Source: Octopus vulgaris (lineage: Eukaryota). From it: a DNA stretch of 64,000 nucleotides. The position numbers and the translations under genes were made by a program. Below, piece after piece: positions 27,636 through 40,486 of the stretch. Numbering within the stretch: position 1 is the stretch's first letter; each line of letters opens with the position of its first letter. Below the pieces are notes generated by a model that was not told where the DNA came from, searched no databases, and saw only the letters and a list, made by a program, of their open reading frames with translations. The stretch spans positions 85,684,001-85,748,000 of the forward strand of contig OX597825.1 of assembly GCA_951406725.2 (NCBI GenBank), given 5' to 3'.

Positions 27636-27700
27636 AAGAAAAGCTCTACATTGTATTTTGTCCCCTCTGTGTTCAGTCCTGTGTGGCCAATAAAGAAACA
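27636..27700 (+). mobile_element. Extreme 3' end of the Tx1/L1-like LINE embedded in (TATC)n
   Basis: AAGCTCTACATTGTATTTTGTCCCCTCTGTGTTCAGTCCTGTGTGGCCAATAAAGAAA matches the reverse complement of 7168-7230. Confidence 0.75.
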
Positions 27701-27718
27701 TATCTACCTGTCTATCTG

Positions 27719-27749
<31 letters not shown>

Positions 27750-28545
27750 GTCTACCTACCTATCTATCTACCTATATATCTATCTATCTCTCTATCTATA
27801 TATCCATTAATATAGCTATTTCACTATCTACCCCTCACTATCTCATTGTCTACGTCACTCTCTCCCTCTCTTTCTCCCTCCTTCTCATTCTCTCCCTCCT
27901 TCCATTTCTATCTATCTGTCTCTATCTATCTATACACATCAATATGATATCCATATAATAGAAATCTTAGATTTTCAGTTTATAAATCACCAACCAATGC
28001 AAACACAACCAGATACATCCTAAACCTACAAACAATATAATTTATCATGATTGCTCGCAGAAAATAGAACAAAAAAAACAGCTCTGATAATTCCTTGCTA
28101 TATTTTTACCAAAACATATTTCATTGCAAAGAAATTCGTTTTGTGTTATTCTTGAGCGTACAACGCTCGTCACACGACCGCAATCTGGTACGTGAGTTTT
28201 ATCAAGCAGACCGTCACACCCCTTCTCACTCCAATGTAACGAATGCGTGTGTGAGAGTGAGTGTGTGTGTGTAAGTGTGTGTTTTATACAGCACATATGC
28301 TGATATAAAATAAATACATGCATAGATATATATATAGATAGATAGATGTACACACAGAGATAAACATGTATGTGTGTGTATAGACACGTACATACGTTCA
28401 TAGATATGTACGTATGTATATATACATATGCACATATATATATATACACATACGTACATATGTATGTATATAAGCATATATATATATATATATGCATATA
28501 TATATATACGTATATTTGTATGTATATATGTATGTATATATATAT

Positions 28546-28586
<41 letters not shown>

Positions 28587-28616
28587 CTCTGCATATATAT
28601 ATATAAATATATATAA

Positions 28617-28651
<35 letters not shown>

Positions 28652-29198
28652 TGTATGTATGTATGTATACACGTGTAATCTTTTACGCTGATGCATTTCC
28701 AATATTTTTACAATGTTTCACAACATTTCTGTAGGTTTTTTTTTTCTTTCGTTTTGTATTCTTAAGAACGTGGTAGTTCTTCCTCTCGTTGTTACCGATT
28801 CTTATGATAGTGTTGCTTCTCTCTTTCTCTCTCTCTTTCTTCTCCTCGGCTACAGTCTTCTCCTTGGCATACATTTTCGTCTTCACCTCCTTCTCCTTCT
28901 TCTTCTCTTCCTTCTCCCCCCTCTCCCCCCCACCCACATCGGTCCTACAATGGCTGTAATTATTTTCCCATATGAGATCATGGTGGAATGAGTTCTGTGG
29001 AACATTCACCAGTAAATTAGTTTATGCAGACTTGAGTTTCTGCCGTACTAGTCTAGCAGAAAGATATACTGCATACGATGAAGACGACGCCGATGACGAT
29101 GATGAGGGAGAGGCGGAGGAGGAGGAGGGAAAGGAGAATGATTATTACGATGAAGCTGATGAAGAGAAAAACAAACAAATAACTATATACAAGTGTCC

Positions 29199-29227
<29 letters not shown>

Positions 29228-29282
<55 letters not shown>

Positions 29283-29293
29283 GTATAGGTAGG

Positions 29294-29340
<47 letters not shown>

Positions 29341-29357
29341 GTAGGTAGGTAGGTAGG

Positions 29358-29424
<67 letters not shown>

Positions 29425-29437
29425 GTAGGTAGGTAGG

Positions 29438-29490
<53 letters not shown>
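29228..29490. repeat. (GATA)n/(GGTA)n microsatellite
   Basis: Direct inspection. Confidence 0.95.
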
Positions 29491-29559
29491 CTAAATGAGC
29501 TTATATATAAATATATGCTCATATTTACATGTACATATATACATATATATATGAATATA

Positions 29560-29630
<71 letters not shown>

Positions 29631-29960
29631 TTTGTAATGAATAAATGAATAAATAAATAAAATGCAATCTTAAACTATTTCCATTGATATGAGAAATACT
29701 GTGGATGTTTAAGTGTTCGGAATTCATTTTGTGAAAATGATTAAACCACGAATGAAGTGCACTAAACATGTCTCCAAGTGTTTTTATAGGTTTCCTGCTA
29801 AGCAGCGCGTTGCAAATGTTATTATCAAATTTATTCATGTTCACCGTGATTTATTATACTTTAACTCTGCTCCACGATGGATTACACCGGTTTATTCCAG
29901 TTTAGATCAGTTTCTAATAGTTAGCTGCTATATTTCGGTTTTTTAATATATAAACTCCAG

Positions 29961-30355
29961 TTAGCACGTCTGGCGAAATGCTTTGCGGTATTTCGTCTGC
30001 CGCTACGTTCTGAGTTCAAATTCCGCCGAGGTCGACTTTGCCTTTCATCCTTTCGGGGTTGATTAAATAAGCACCAGTTACCCACTGGAATCGATGTAAT
30101 CGCCTTAATCCGTTTGTCTGTTCTTGTTTGTTCTCACTGTGTTTAGCCCCTTGTGAGTAGTAATGAAATAGTTATTTCGTCTGCCGCTACGTTCTGAGTT
30201 CAAATTCCGCCGAGGTCGACTTTGCCTTTCATCCTTTCGGGGTCGATTGAATAAGTACCAGTTACGCACTGGGGTCGATATATAACCGACTTAATCCGTT
30301 TGTCTGTTCTTGTTTGTCCTCTCTGTGTTTAGCCCCTTGTGAGTAGTAAAGAAAT
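29961..30355 (+). mobile_element. 5'-truncated dimeric SINE with 15-bp TSD
   Basis: Two tandem units; ATATATAAACTCCAG at 29946-29960 and 30356-30370. Confidence 0.92.
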
Positions 30356-30775
30356 ATATATAAACTCCAGGCGAGTCGGACATTTCGATACCTTTTAATC
30401 AATCACGCCGAATGCTAAGGTGACGTTTCAGGAGGATCGTTAGTGTGTGGATTTAATTTCCTTGTTGATATTTTATTGTAGTTCTCTACATTCTACGTTC
30501 GAATCCCCACGAAGTCCATTTTGCATTTCATTTCATTTTTTTTTTTTAAATAAACGAATGAATGTCGTAAGTGATGAAGGGGCGGAATTGTTGAAGCGTT
30601 GGACGGGATTCCTTTGGGTACCTATTCTAGTCCATTGTGGTCTATGTCCAAAATACCACCATTGAAGGTTGGGAAGTAACATCTGCCGGGTTGAATAAGA
30701 AACGGAAAAGCCAAAAGCAAATGAAATCAGAAGAATTTAGATTCTTAATTGAGTAGGAATAATCTAAGGTGATCG

Positions 30776-31020
30776 ATGGATGACAATGAAAATGACGACG
30801 ACAACGAGGAGGACGAAGACGATGGTGGTGGCAGTGATGATGACGACAATGGAGACGATGACTATGACGACGGGGATGTTGAAGGCGGAGATGACGACGA
30901 CGGTGGGGATGGCGATTTAAGATGGCGGATGAAGAAGACGACAACGCGGAAGGATGACATCGATGATGATGATGAGGATGAGGAGGAGGAGGAGGAGGAG
31001 GAGGAGGAGGAGGAGGATGG

Positions 31021-31056
<36 letters not shown>

Positions 31057-31090
31057 CGGTGACGATGACGATGATGATGATGAAGATGTA
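30776..31090. repeat. (GAT/GAC/GAG)n low-complexity tract
   Basis: Mixed trinucleotide repeats. Confidence 0.85.
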
Positions 31091-31398
31091 AAAGAGAGAA
31101 AAGACGCAATGAACGATGTGTTCTTGGGCATACAAAAGGTGGGAAGGTCACAGTTGGAATGTCAGTGATCATTGCAATGTTGGAGGAGATGTGATATGTA
31201 ACTACAAAACACCGAAAATATATAACATATTAAAGCGATACAGTGTAGCTTAGCATATCTTATGTAAAGGAATTGGAAGAGAGAGGGAGAGAGAGAGAGA
31301 GAGAGAGAGAGTAAGATAAATATGAAAGAAAATAGAGAGAAATAAAGAAATATATGTCAGTGTATTTTATAGAAAATGATATTTATAAATGTCAGCAG

Positions 31399-31399
<1 letters not shown>

Positions 31400-31489
<90 letters not shown>

Positions 31490-31548
31490 TATATACACAC
31501 ACACACACATATATATATATACATATATATATACTTATATATACATAT

Positions 31549-31594
<46 letters not shown>

Positions 31595-31674
31595 CACATA
31601 TATATATATATATATACACATATATATATACTTATATATACATATATACATATATACATATATATATATGTATG

Positions 31675-31706
<32 letters not shown>

Positions 31707-31769
31707 TATATATATATATACACACATATATATATATATATATACATATATACATATATACATATATAC

Positions 31770-31838
<69 letters not shown>

Positions 31839-31898
31839 CACACATATATATATACTTATATATACATATATACATATATACATATATATATATGTATG

Positions 31899-31952
<54 letters not shown>
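31400..31952. repeat. Compound (TA)n/(CATATA)n microsatellite
   Basis: Direct inspection. Confidence 0.95.
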
Positions 31953-31955
<3 letters not shown>

Positions 31956-32329
31956 CATTACAGGCTTAATATCAACACAGATTAAGGTACACACAGATAT
32001 GCCTACACACAGCAACACACACGCGTATGCGTGTGTGTCTGTGTGTCTTAGTCTGTGCTTATCTTATCAAAAGATCAGAGCTGACTCGAGTCTTACCCAG
32101 CGACTCATTATGACTTTTCACAGGTCAAACCTTGCCATCTACATTTTTAAAAAATATGATATATTGGAGAATATCGTCGTACTTCTCCTCTCACAAGTCA
32201 GGGTGGTCATTATGTGGAGTGCTTGAGATCGTCACAGGTCTGTTCAATCAGACCTGACCTAGGGTTAAGCAGCAACGGCAACATATTCATATACGCCTAT
32301 GCACGAGTACACATTTATGTGTGGAGGTG

Positions 32330-32515
32330 GGGCGAATGGCTTCGTGGTTAGTGTGTTGAAATCATGATCGTAAGATTGTGGTTTCAATCCCTGGACTGGT
32401 CGACGGGTTGTGTTCTTGAGTAAAGCACTTCATTACACGTTGCTCCAGTTCACTCAGCTGGCAAAAAAGAGTCACCCTGCCACTGACCAGCGTCCCGTCC
32501 AGTGCAGGGGGATAT
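32330..32515 (+). mobile_element. tRNA-derived SINE (third-family head and core)
   Basis: GGCGAATGGCTTCGTGGTTAGTGTGTTG...GGTTTCAATCCCTGG...GTGTTCTTGAGTAAAGCACTTCATT...CTCCAGTTCACTCAGCTG. Confidence 0.8.
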
Positions 32516-33019
32516 ATACGCACACACAAACATTTATATATATTACGCACACATGTACATGTACGTCTCTGTGTGTGCTTGTGTGTATGCGTGTGTGTGT
32601 GTTTGTGTGTTTATGAGTGTGTTGGAAAGACCAAGAGCTTTGTGGCATTGTATATAATCCGGAAGATACAGCTGAGAAGCTGTAGCTTAAAAATGTTAAA
32701 TTTAAATTCCAATTACGTAAGTTATGTCAATGTTTTATGTTTTCGCGATTCTCAAGCAATCGAAGAATTAAATGGAAATATTCTTAAAGTTTAAACGTAC
32801 TGGAATAGTACAAGATTTAACTAGAAATAATCTCGTAGATATCTATGTAGAGAGATTAAGATATCAAAACCGTTGGATTTGCACGTTAAGAATATAAGAC
32901 CATTTCAAAATTACATTTCATTCAGAGATAGAGATAATAAGCGATACAACCATAGCCATTTTAAGAGCATTACTTGTTTTCGTTAAAGCTGTGCGAGTAG
33001 AAAGGATTTATAGGCATAC

Positions 33020-33068
<49 letters not shown>

Positions 33069-33217
33069 TAAATCTTAGGGTAGCAGAAAAAATTTATAGA
33101 AAGATTCTTTGCTACCAGATTAGTGGCTTGGAGTTTTAACTGCTCTTTCTAGTGTGTCAGATGTCCTATTATGGTCATCTCTTATGTGCTTAAATGTACA
33201 CTGTACTTTTCTATGTA

Positions 33218-33318
<101 letters not shown>

Positions 33319-34141
33319 TCTTCTGTAAATTGGAAAAAAGTATCAACACTTCCATATGGCAATCTTAAACAATTGTGAAGATCTTTTCGCATGAAACCAT
33401 TGGTTATCTTGTGAACCCATAAATAAAGTACGTGCGCGCGTATATATATTGGCATACATAAATATATACAAATATAAATGAAATGGAGGTATTTATGTAT
33501 AAAGTTATTTCTGAATATGAACTAAAGGATCACACTAAACATTTTAGTTGAATATATATTTATTGATTTTTAGAAGGAAAAAGTTGACAGGGAATTTGAA
33601 GTGTCGGTTTCCTCATGATCTTCAGAGGGTGAAGCTGAAACCAAACCGAAACGTCAATGTCGACCTGTTTCTTTGTCAAATTTATGTGAATGTAGCCGTA
33701 TAATATAAAGATATACGTGTTTCCTGTGAAAAGATCTGACTGCTGTTTCTAGCAGATTAAGCGACCACCTATATGATATCTAGATACCTCATGCAAATTC
33801 GAAGAGAATTACAGACAAATGGTTGCAGGTAGAGAAAGAGAAAGAAGGCGAAGGAGAGAGGTGTATGAAGGGGTAGAATTTAGAGTCGTTGTTTGCAAAC
33901 TTAACTACAATTGTAATAGCGATATCTCCATAAGCTGGTAGCACAGAGGAGGGAGATTAAAATATGTTGCGTCACGTGGCTTTTATCTACCAGTTTTTTA
34001 GTTATCTTAAAAATATAATGTTTACATAATTAAACCATTAATTGATAATTAAAGCTAGTACGATCAAAGAACACATTTAGAAACAAATATTTCTGAAATG
34101 TGCATGACCAGAAACGTAATTACCGTGTGTGTATATGTGTG

Positions 34142-34258
<117 letters not shown>

Positions 34259-34371
34259 GTATGTATGTATGTATATATACATATATATATATATACATAT
34301 ATATACACATGTACATATATATATACATACATATATACATATAAATATAAATTTATATTTATATGTTATCG

Positions 34372-34429
<58 letters not shown>

Positions 34430-34472
34430 ATATATGTATATATATATATGTATATATGTATGTATATATACA

Positions 34473-34514
<42 letters not shown>

Positions 34515-35489
34515 GACATATATGTTTATATATATAAACAGGTATATATATATGCATATAATATATATTGTATGTATGAGTGTGTGTATCTGTGTGTGTA
34601 TGTATGTATATAGAGAGAGGCAGAGAGGGAGTGAGGGAGAGAGAGAATGTTGGGAGGCGATACAGGGAGAAAGATGAAAAAGTAAAATTGATTATTTTTG
34701 ATTCGAAATTTTATTACACCTAAAAAAAATAAATAAATAAAGAGGGTTTCTACATAAAATCTCCAACTAAATTTTATCATGGTGAATATTTATTCTCTCG
34801 TTTGTTAATTTATGTAAACGAATGTATTTATTTTAGGAGAAATGAATTTAGTAAGTTACCAGCTGGAGCAGGAACAAACAAGAATCGCTTACTTATATGG
34901 AAGGGTGTTTTTTTAATGCTAGAGTTTTGAAAAATTGAGTATTTCTATCATGAAATAACGGTAGAAGACGGAAGTGACCATCTTATTTGATAGGGTTGAG
35001 GTCCGGTCTGAAACCATGGGCAGGAAGGAAACCGAGACATGTTGCCGTGTTCTTGCAGAGGAATGAACTCCGCAGAGACACTTAACGGGTGGGGTTTGTG
35101 TTAAATAGAGGTATCACTCAAGGATTAGGCGTTAAGGTTAAGCAGAGGCAGCCATGGATTATGGATTGGTGTTAAATCGAATCACAGCAGGAGTAAGTGG
35201 GATGATGTATTAGGACCCCCACACTAAAAGAATATGGCGGTAAAGGAATGCTACCCAACCAATGAGCGAAATACGTTTATGGGGGGGGCTACGTGGGGAT
35301 GCGTGGGAGGTACGTGTGTGTGTGTTTATGTATGTCTATATCATTTTATTTAGAAAATCATTTAGGGTTCTTAAGAACCATCTGGTTTTTGTTATCGTTT
35401 AGCTCCAGCTCAGATTCGATCTCTCAGACACTCGATCAAAGTTGTTCCCGTTCTGACCTTTGTTTTTAGCTTCTGTGTTATTTAATATA

Positions 35490-36044
35490 CGAGGTTGAGT
35501 CAAAAAGTAACGCCATTTTGTTTGGGACAGGTATAATTACCAACAAAGGAACATGTGTCATACACCAAAATGAAGCTTATTATGAGTTTATTGTTTTTCG
35601 TTTTGGCAAGAAATCGACCAGAATGACGCCTTGAGCATCTCAGAAGACAGTCGCCATGATTCTTCCAGCTGACTTTTGCGTCTTGAACTTTCTCGGTGAT
35701 GGCGACGTAGAGTGGTGCCATTCCATTGACTGCCTCTTTGATTCCGGTTCATAATCATGAAACCATGTTTCGTCATTTGTTACGAGCCTTTGAAAGAAGG
35801 TGTTGTCTCTTTGACCTTGTAATGAAGAAATGGCTCAAAGAACAGTCAACAGAATTTTATGGGGCAGGGATAAATGCTCTCATTCGAAGGTGGAACATTG
35901 CTATTGAGAAAAACGGTGACTATGTTAAGAAGTAGGGATGTGATCCACAGAGGACCAGCTTCATTTTGATGTATGATACATGTTCCTCTGTAGGTAATTA
36001 TACCTGTCCTAAACAAAATGGCATTACTTTTTGACACACCCTCG
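35490..36044. mobile_element. Internally deleted and rearranged mariner element with about 90-bp terminal inverted arms
   Basis: TA|CGAGG.TG.GTCAAAAAGTAA ... TTACTTTTTGACACACCCTCG|TA. Plus strand encodes KKWLKEQSTEFYGAGINALIRRWNIAIEKNGDYVKK*; minus strand encodes DETWFHDYEPESKRQSMEW...KSAGRIMATVF*DAQGVILVDFL. Confidence 0.9.
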
Positions 36045-36382
36045 TATCTACGTTTGTATGTGTGTATGTGTGTGTGTGTGCGTGCGTAAGGCAGCGAGGT
36101 GGCACAATGGTTAGCACGGCATAACAATGTCATCTATGCAACAACGATGGAATGATTAAGATTTGAACGCTTTTGGTAGTGTTCCACCGAGTCAGGCCTG
36201 ACCTTGGGCTAAACAATAACAACATACATTGCTATTTCTCTCTTTTGATATCGTTTCTTTGTTTAATCAATCAGGTATTTATATCCCATAACCGCGTATG
36301 TATGTATATGTATACACACACACACACATACATACATACATACATACATACATACATACATACATACATACATACATACATG

Positions 36383-36475
<93 letters not shown>

Positions 36476-36732
36476 ATGTGTGCGTATACGCCATTTTTAT
36501 TGAAGCTTCTTCCCTCGCTGTGTTTATATATTTGTATATTTCTCTAGAGACGTTTCTTTCGTAATAAATATGTCGACCATAAAGTATTCTCGACGTAGTG
36601 AGATTACAATAACCTTCCGGGGTGACACACGGCGGTTTATAACCACTGAACTCTGAAGAACTTGCACACGAACACAGACACAACGCACTACAGGGCAGCA
36701 CCTGCATTATTAAGGACATACAAACACACAAA

Positions 36733-36767
<35 letters not shown>

Positions 36768-37115
36768 ACACATACAGACACACTCCTAAACAGAGGCATA
36801 TATACATGTGTGTGTGTGTATCAAACAACATATTTTCGGACTAAACTCATTCACACACACACATGCGCATAAACGATTCGGTAACACACACACACACACA
36901 CATGTGCATAAACTGTCGGACATGTAGACACGTTCACCTTTAAACAGAAACACGCCTTTGTTGTAATAGATGTGTGCGGAAATTTAGGCAATGAAACAAC
37001 ACTGGAAGACTAAAAATATTTCCCCAACATGGCCGAAAAGCTTTCCGTCCGTGAAGAACGAAAACAACAGATTATAACAACAACAAAAACAAAACAACAA
37101 CAATGACAATGATGG

Positions 37116-37169
<54 letters not shown>

Positions 37170-37569
37170 CGATGATGATGACGATGATGATGATGATAGT
37201 GGTGATGATGATGGTGGTGGTCGTGGTGGTGGTCGTGGTGATTTCAAATTTAGGCGCAATGCAAGGTATTTTACGATGAGAAAGTTAATGGCTTAATCGA
37301 TCTTAATATCTGACGGGTGCTTTGTCTTATGATTGTCAGAGGAATGAAAGGCGATTTAGCCACGATGAGATTTGAACTCAGAGCCGAAAGAGCCATAAGC
37401 AAATCCTGGAAGACATATTGTTCGCTGTTTAGAGTTTTGTCCAGTTCTCAGGACACATTCTCAGACCAGTGACGTCATTAAAGCGAGGGAATGTAACAAC
37501 TTCGACACAGTTGACCCTCCCACACTCACCAGATCTCTATAACTCTTACCTTGTTTCGTTCTGACCAAC

Positions 37570-37760
37570 AAATCACTTTGACCTTCTCTCACAAATCCGT
37601 CACCTTCTTAAGTATCTCCATCCTAACTCCATCTCTCTACCTTCCTCCACTGCAAACCCACTGACCTCAGCTCATATTTCCACTGTTCTTCCTTATACTC
37701 GAAACACAGCAGTTCCACCTTTCTATTTTACACATTCCTCCCACGCCATATTTTCAACGG
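37570..37760 (+). mobile_element. Degenerate Penelope-like RT remnant
   Basis: ITLTFSHKSVTF... followed by LHCKPTDLSSYFHCSSLYSKH resembles the PLE motifs FTxxxSxxSVxFLD and YKPTDxxSYLxxSSxHPxH. Confidence 0.5.
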
Positions 37761-38029
37761 AAATCAGTCTGCAACGACTGTAGACCCTCAACGTTTCTGG
37801 GTTCTTGTCTTCAGCCAAACCAATTCTCTTCTGCTCTCTACCCTCCTCCACTCACATTCTTGTTCACCTTCCACCTGAACACAGTCTCGCTGAAACACAA
37901 ATTCCTCAACAACTTCAAACGTTTGACCCCAGGACCATCTTGATCTTTCTCCTAACATCTTGTCTTCCATTAAATAAAGCTAAAAATATCTCCGTGAAAT
38001 ATAGTTGGGCACCCCATCCATTATGAAGA

Positions 38030-38260
38030 ACAAAGAGGAATCTGTAAAGGACCCACATTAACCATGACAATGTGCAGTCAAACGCATCGTTGACAACACA
38101 TTCGACAATCGGCAAATTATGCTGGCCAGTGGTGGTTCCCTTCTCTACAGTGCTATCCGGCACAATCCGATTGCCGCGTGTTCGGTCCACTAAAGGACAG
38201 TCTTCGAGGGCAACGATTTGATGGCACTGACCAGGTTAAAGCGGCTGTGAAGAAGTGTAT
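38030..38260 (+). mobile_element. mariner transposase C-terminal remnant
   Basis: HDNVQ..., IGKLCW and FGPLKDSLRGQRFDGTDQVKAAVKK match the mariner HDNARPH...FGPLK..LRG.RF region. Confidence 0.75.
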
Positions 38261-38261
38261 A

Positions 38262-38495
38262 CCACAATGTGTGTGTGTGCCTTTGTGTCTGCGTTTCTCC
38301 CCAACTACCGCTTCATAACCGGTGTTTGGGTGTTTATGTCTCCCGTAACTAAACGGTTCAGTAAAAGAGAGCAATAGACTAAGAACCAGGCTTAGATAAA
38401 TAAGTACTGAGGATCGATTCGGTCAACTAAAAATTCTTCAAGGAGGTGCCCTAGCATGGCCACAGTCTAATGTCTGAAACAAGCACAAGAGAAAA
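38262..38495 (+). mobile_element. 3' part of CORE-type SINE
   Basis: ACCGCTTCATAACCGGTGTTTGGGTGTTTATGTCTCCCGTAACT...CCTAGCATGGCCACAGTCTAATG.CTGAAACAAG. Confidence 0.8.
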
Positions 38496-38849
38496 AGCAA
38501 GAATTGAATTCAACGATGGCGTAAATTGAGAGGGAGACGATGTTAAGAAACGCGTTTCGAGAGAAGACCAGGGGAAACCTTGTCCAACCAAAATATTTAA
38601 CTTGAACGACATTCGTCAGAGAATAAAAAATATTAGACTTACTTTCGGATTACTTTCAATAACAAAAAAAAACAATAAAAAAACTACGTTCGTACATTTA
38701 TGCAGACGAACATATGTATTTATAAATAATATACACACACACACACAGACATATATATATTTGTATATACGCGAAAAGCACTTATGAATATACGTTTCTG
38801 TGTATATCATTCAATCAGTGTATGCCCATCATTGTGTCTGTCTGTCTGT

Positions 38850-38914
<65 letters not shown>

Positions 38915-39550
38915 CGTGTGTGTGTGTGTGTGTGTGTGCTTCTCTTTTTTTCAGTTACTCTACAAAGACATCAACATGCGATGTTCTCATATATCAAAGA
39001 ATACCATTAAGCATAAAGCTGATATTTTTTTTCATATATATGTTTCACAATATTAAAAGAATATATGAGAATTTCTTGTTTCTGATAGTTCTAGCGATAT
39101 CAGTCAGCCAGCGATTGGTATTGATGTCTGTACTTATCTCTCTGCCGTTCCTTTTGATATTGGTATCGCTTCTGCTTTTGTTTTGTGCCTATTCTTAACC
39201 AATACATATTTAGACATCACTAGAGTACATTCAGATGTTCTTTGAATATTTCCACACACAGATAAATATGTGTACAGAGTCATCTCTATATACACACCCA
39301 CAAATATGTATGCATTTAATGTATAAAGTATATAGTACATAAGTATATATATATGTGTGTGTGTTTGTGCATGTATATGTACTTGTGTACGTATATATAT
39401 GTATATGTGCATATGTGTTTATGTATACATATTTATATATATACATATATACATGTTTTTATATATGTATATATATGTATATATATACATATATATATAC
39501 ATAAATATGTATATATATGTATGTATGTATTATATATATGTGTGTGTGTA

Positions 39551-39645
<95 letters not shown>

Positions 39646-40254
39646 TAGAAGAAAGGAGGTAGTGAGAAATCGGGATGGTTTTATATTTACAGATATTTAT
39701 TAGTATGTTACATGTTTCTGTAAATCATATATCATAAATTAGCGCTTTCGTCCACTCTAGTGGACTCTTCAAATTGCAGGAATTTTGACTCTTTTTATAG
39801 CATTATTAAGTGTGTAGGGGTGGAGAGAGATATAAGAGGGTGAGGAATGGGGAGAAAGTGCGAGAGAGCATGTGTGTGTGTGTATGTTATTGTATCTGAA
39901 AGAGGGGGTTAAAGAAAAAGAAGGAAAGGAAGAAGGAGAGAAAGAAGAAAAAAATTTATTGATATCTTTGCAGCTGGTTAGTCTATCAATAATCAGTGAT
40001 TCTTGGCTGTTAGTAATGGCAAATCCAGCTGGTCACTCCAAGGGGGGCAAAATGTCACTTTTCAAAAAATTGTCTGGATTTCCTTTTTATCATTGTCTTG
40101 TGAGAGAGTGTGTGTGTGTATGTGCGCGCGCGTATGCGTGTGTGTTTAAAGAAAGAGAAGGAAAGGAAGAAGAAGGACAGAAAGAAAAAAAAAATTTGTT
40201 GATATCTTTGCAGCTGGTCAGTTTGTCGATAATAAGCGATTCTCGGCTTTTAGA

Positions 40255-40486
40255 CCCCTTGAAGTGACCAGCTGAATTTGAAAGTCCGATAGATTGTCAT
40301 TTTTATGAATTTTAATTACTTTTTCTAATGATATCTGAAAAGAAACAGCAATTTTAGCAAAACATATTAGATAACACTAGTAAATCAAAAATCATAAAAA
40401 ATAAACAAGCTTTTGGCGGTTTTATAGATATTTCAAAATTATGATGCTATGATGCTAGGTGTTTCCATTATTTTGTCCAACCCCTG
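40255..40486. mobile_element. Tc1-like transposon end
   Basis: Ends AGGTGTTTCCATTATTTTGTCCAACCCCTG|TA, the reverse complement of a Tc1-type TIR (CAGGGGTTGGACAAAATAATGGAAACACC) plus TA. No partner TIR was found. Confidence 0.6.

Noticed and set aside
28972-29238. Acidic 88-aa ORF
   Set aside because: A low-complexity GAN tract running into (TA)n; no exon evidence.
30776-31168. 130-aa Asp/Glu-rich ORF (and the His/Pro-rich ORF on the opposite strand)
   Set aside because: Made of GAT/GAC/GAG trinucleotide repeats that are open in several frames; no domain or splice evidence.
31357-32226. YI/CV/HT-repeat ORFs here and throughout the window
   Set aside because: Translations of (TA)n and (CA)n repeats.
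33620-33665. TCTTCAG / CCGAAACGTC hammerhead-like fragments
   Set aside because: The half-cores do not assemble on one strand with paired stems.
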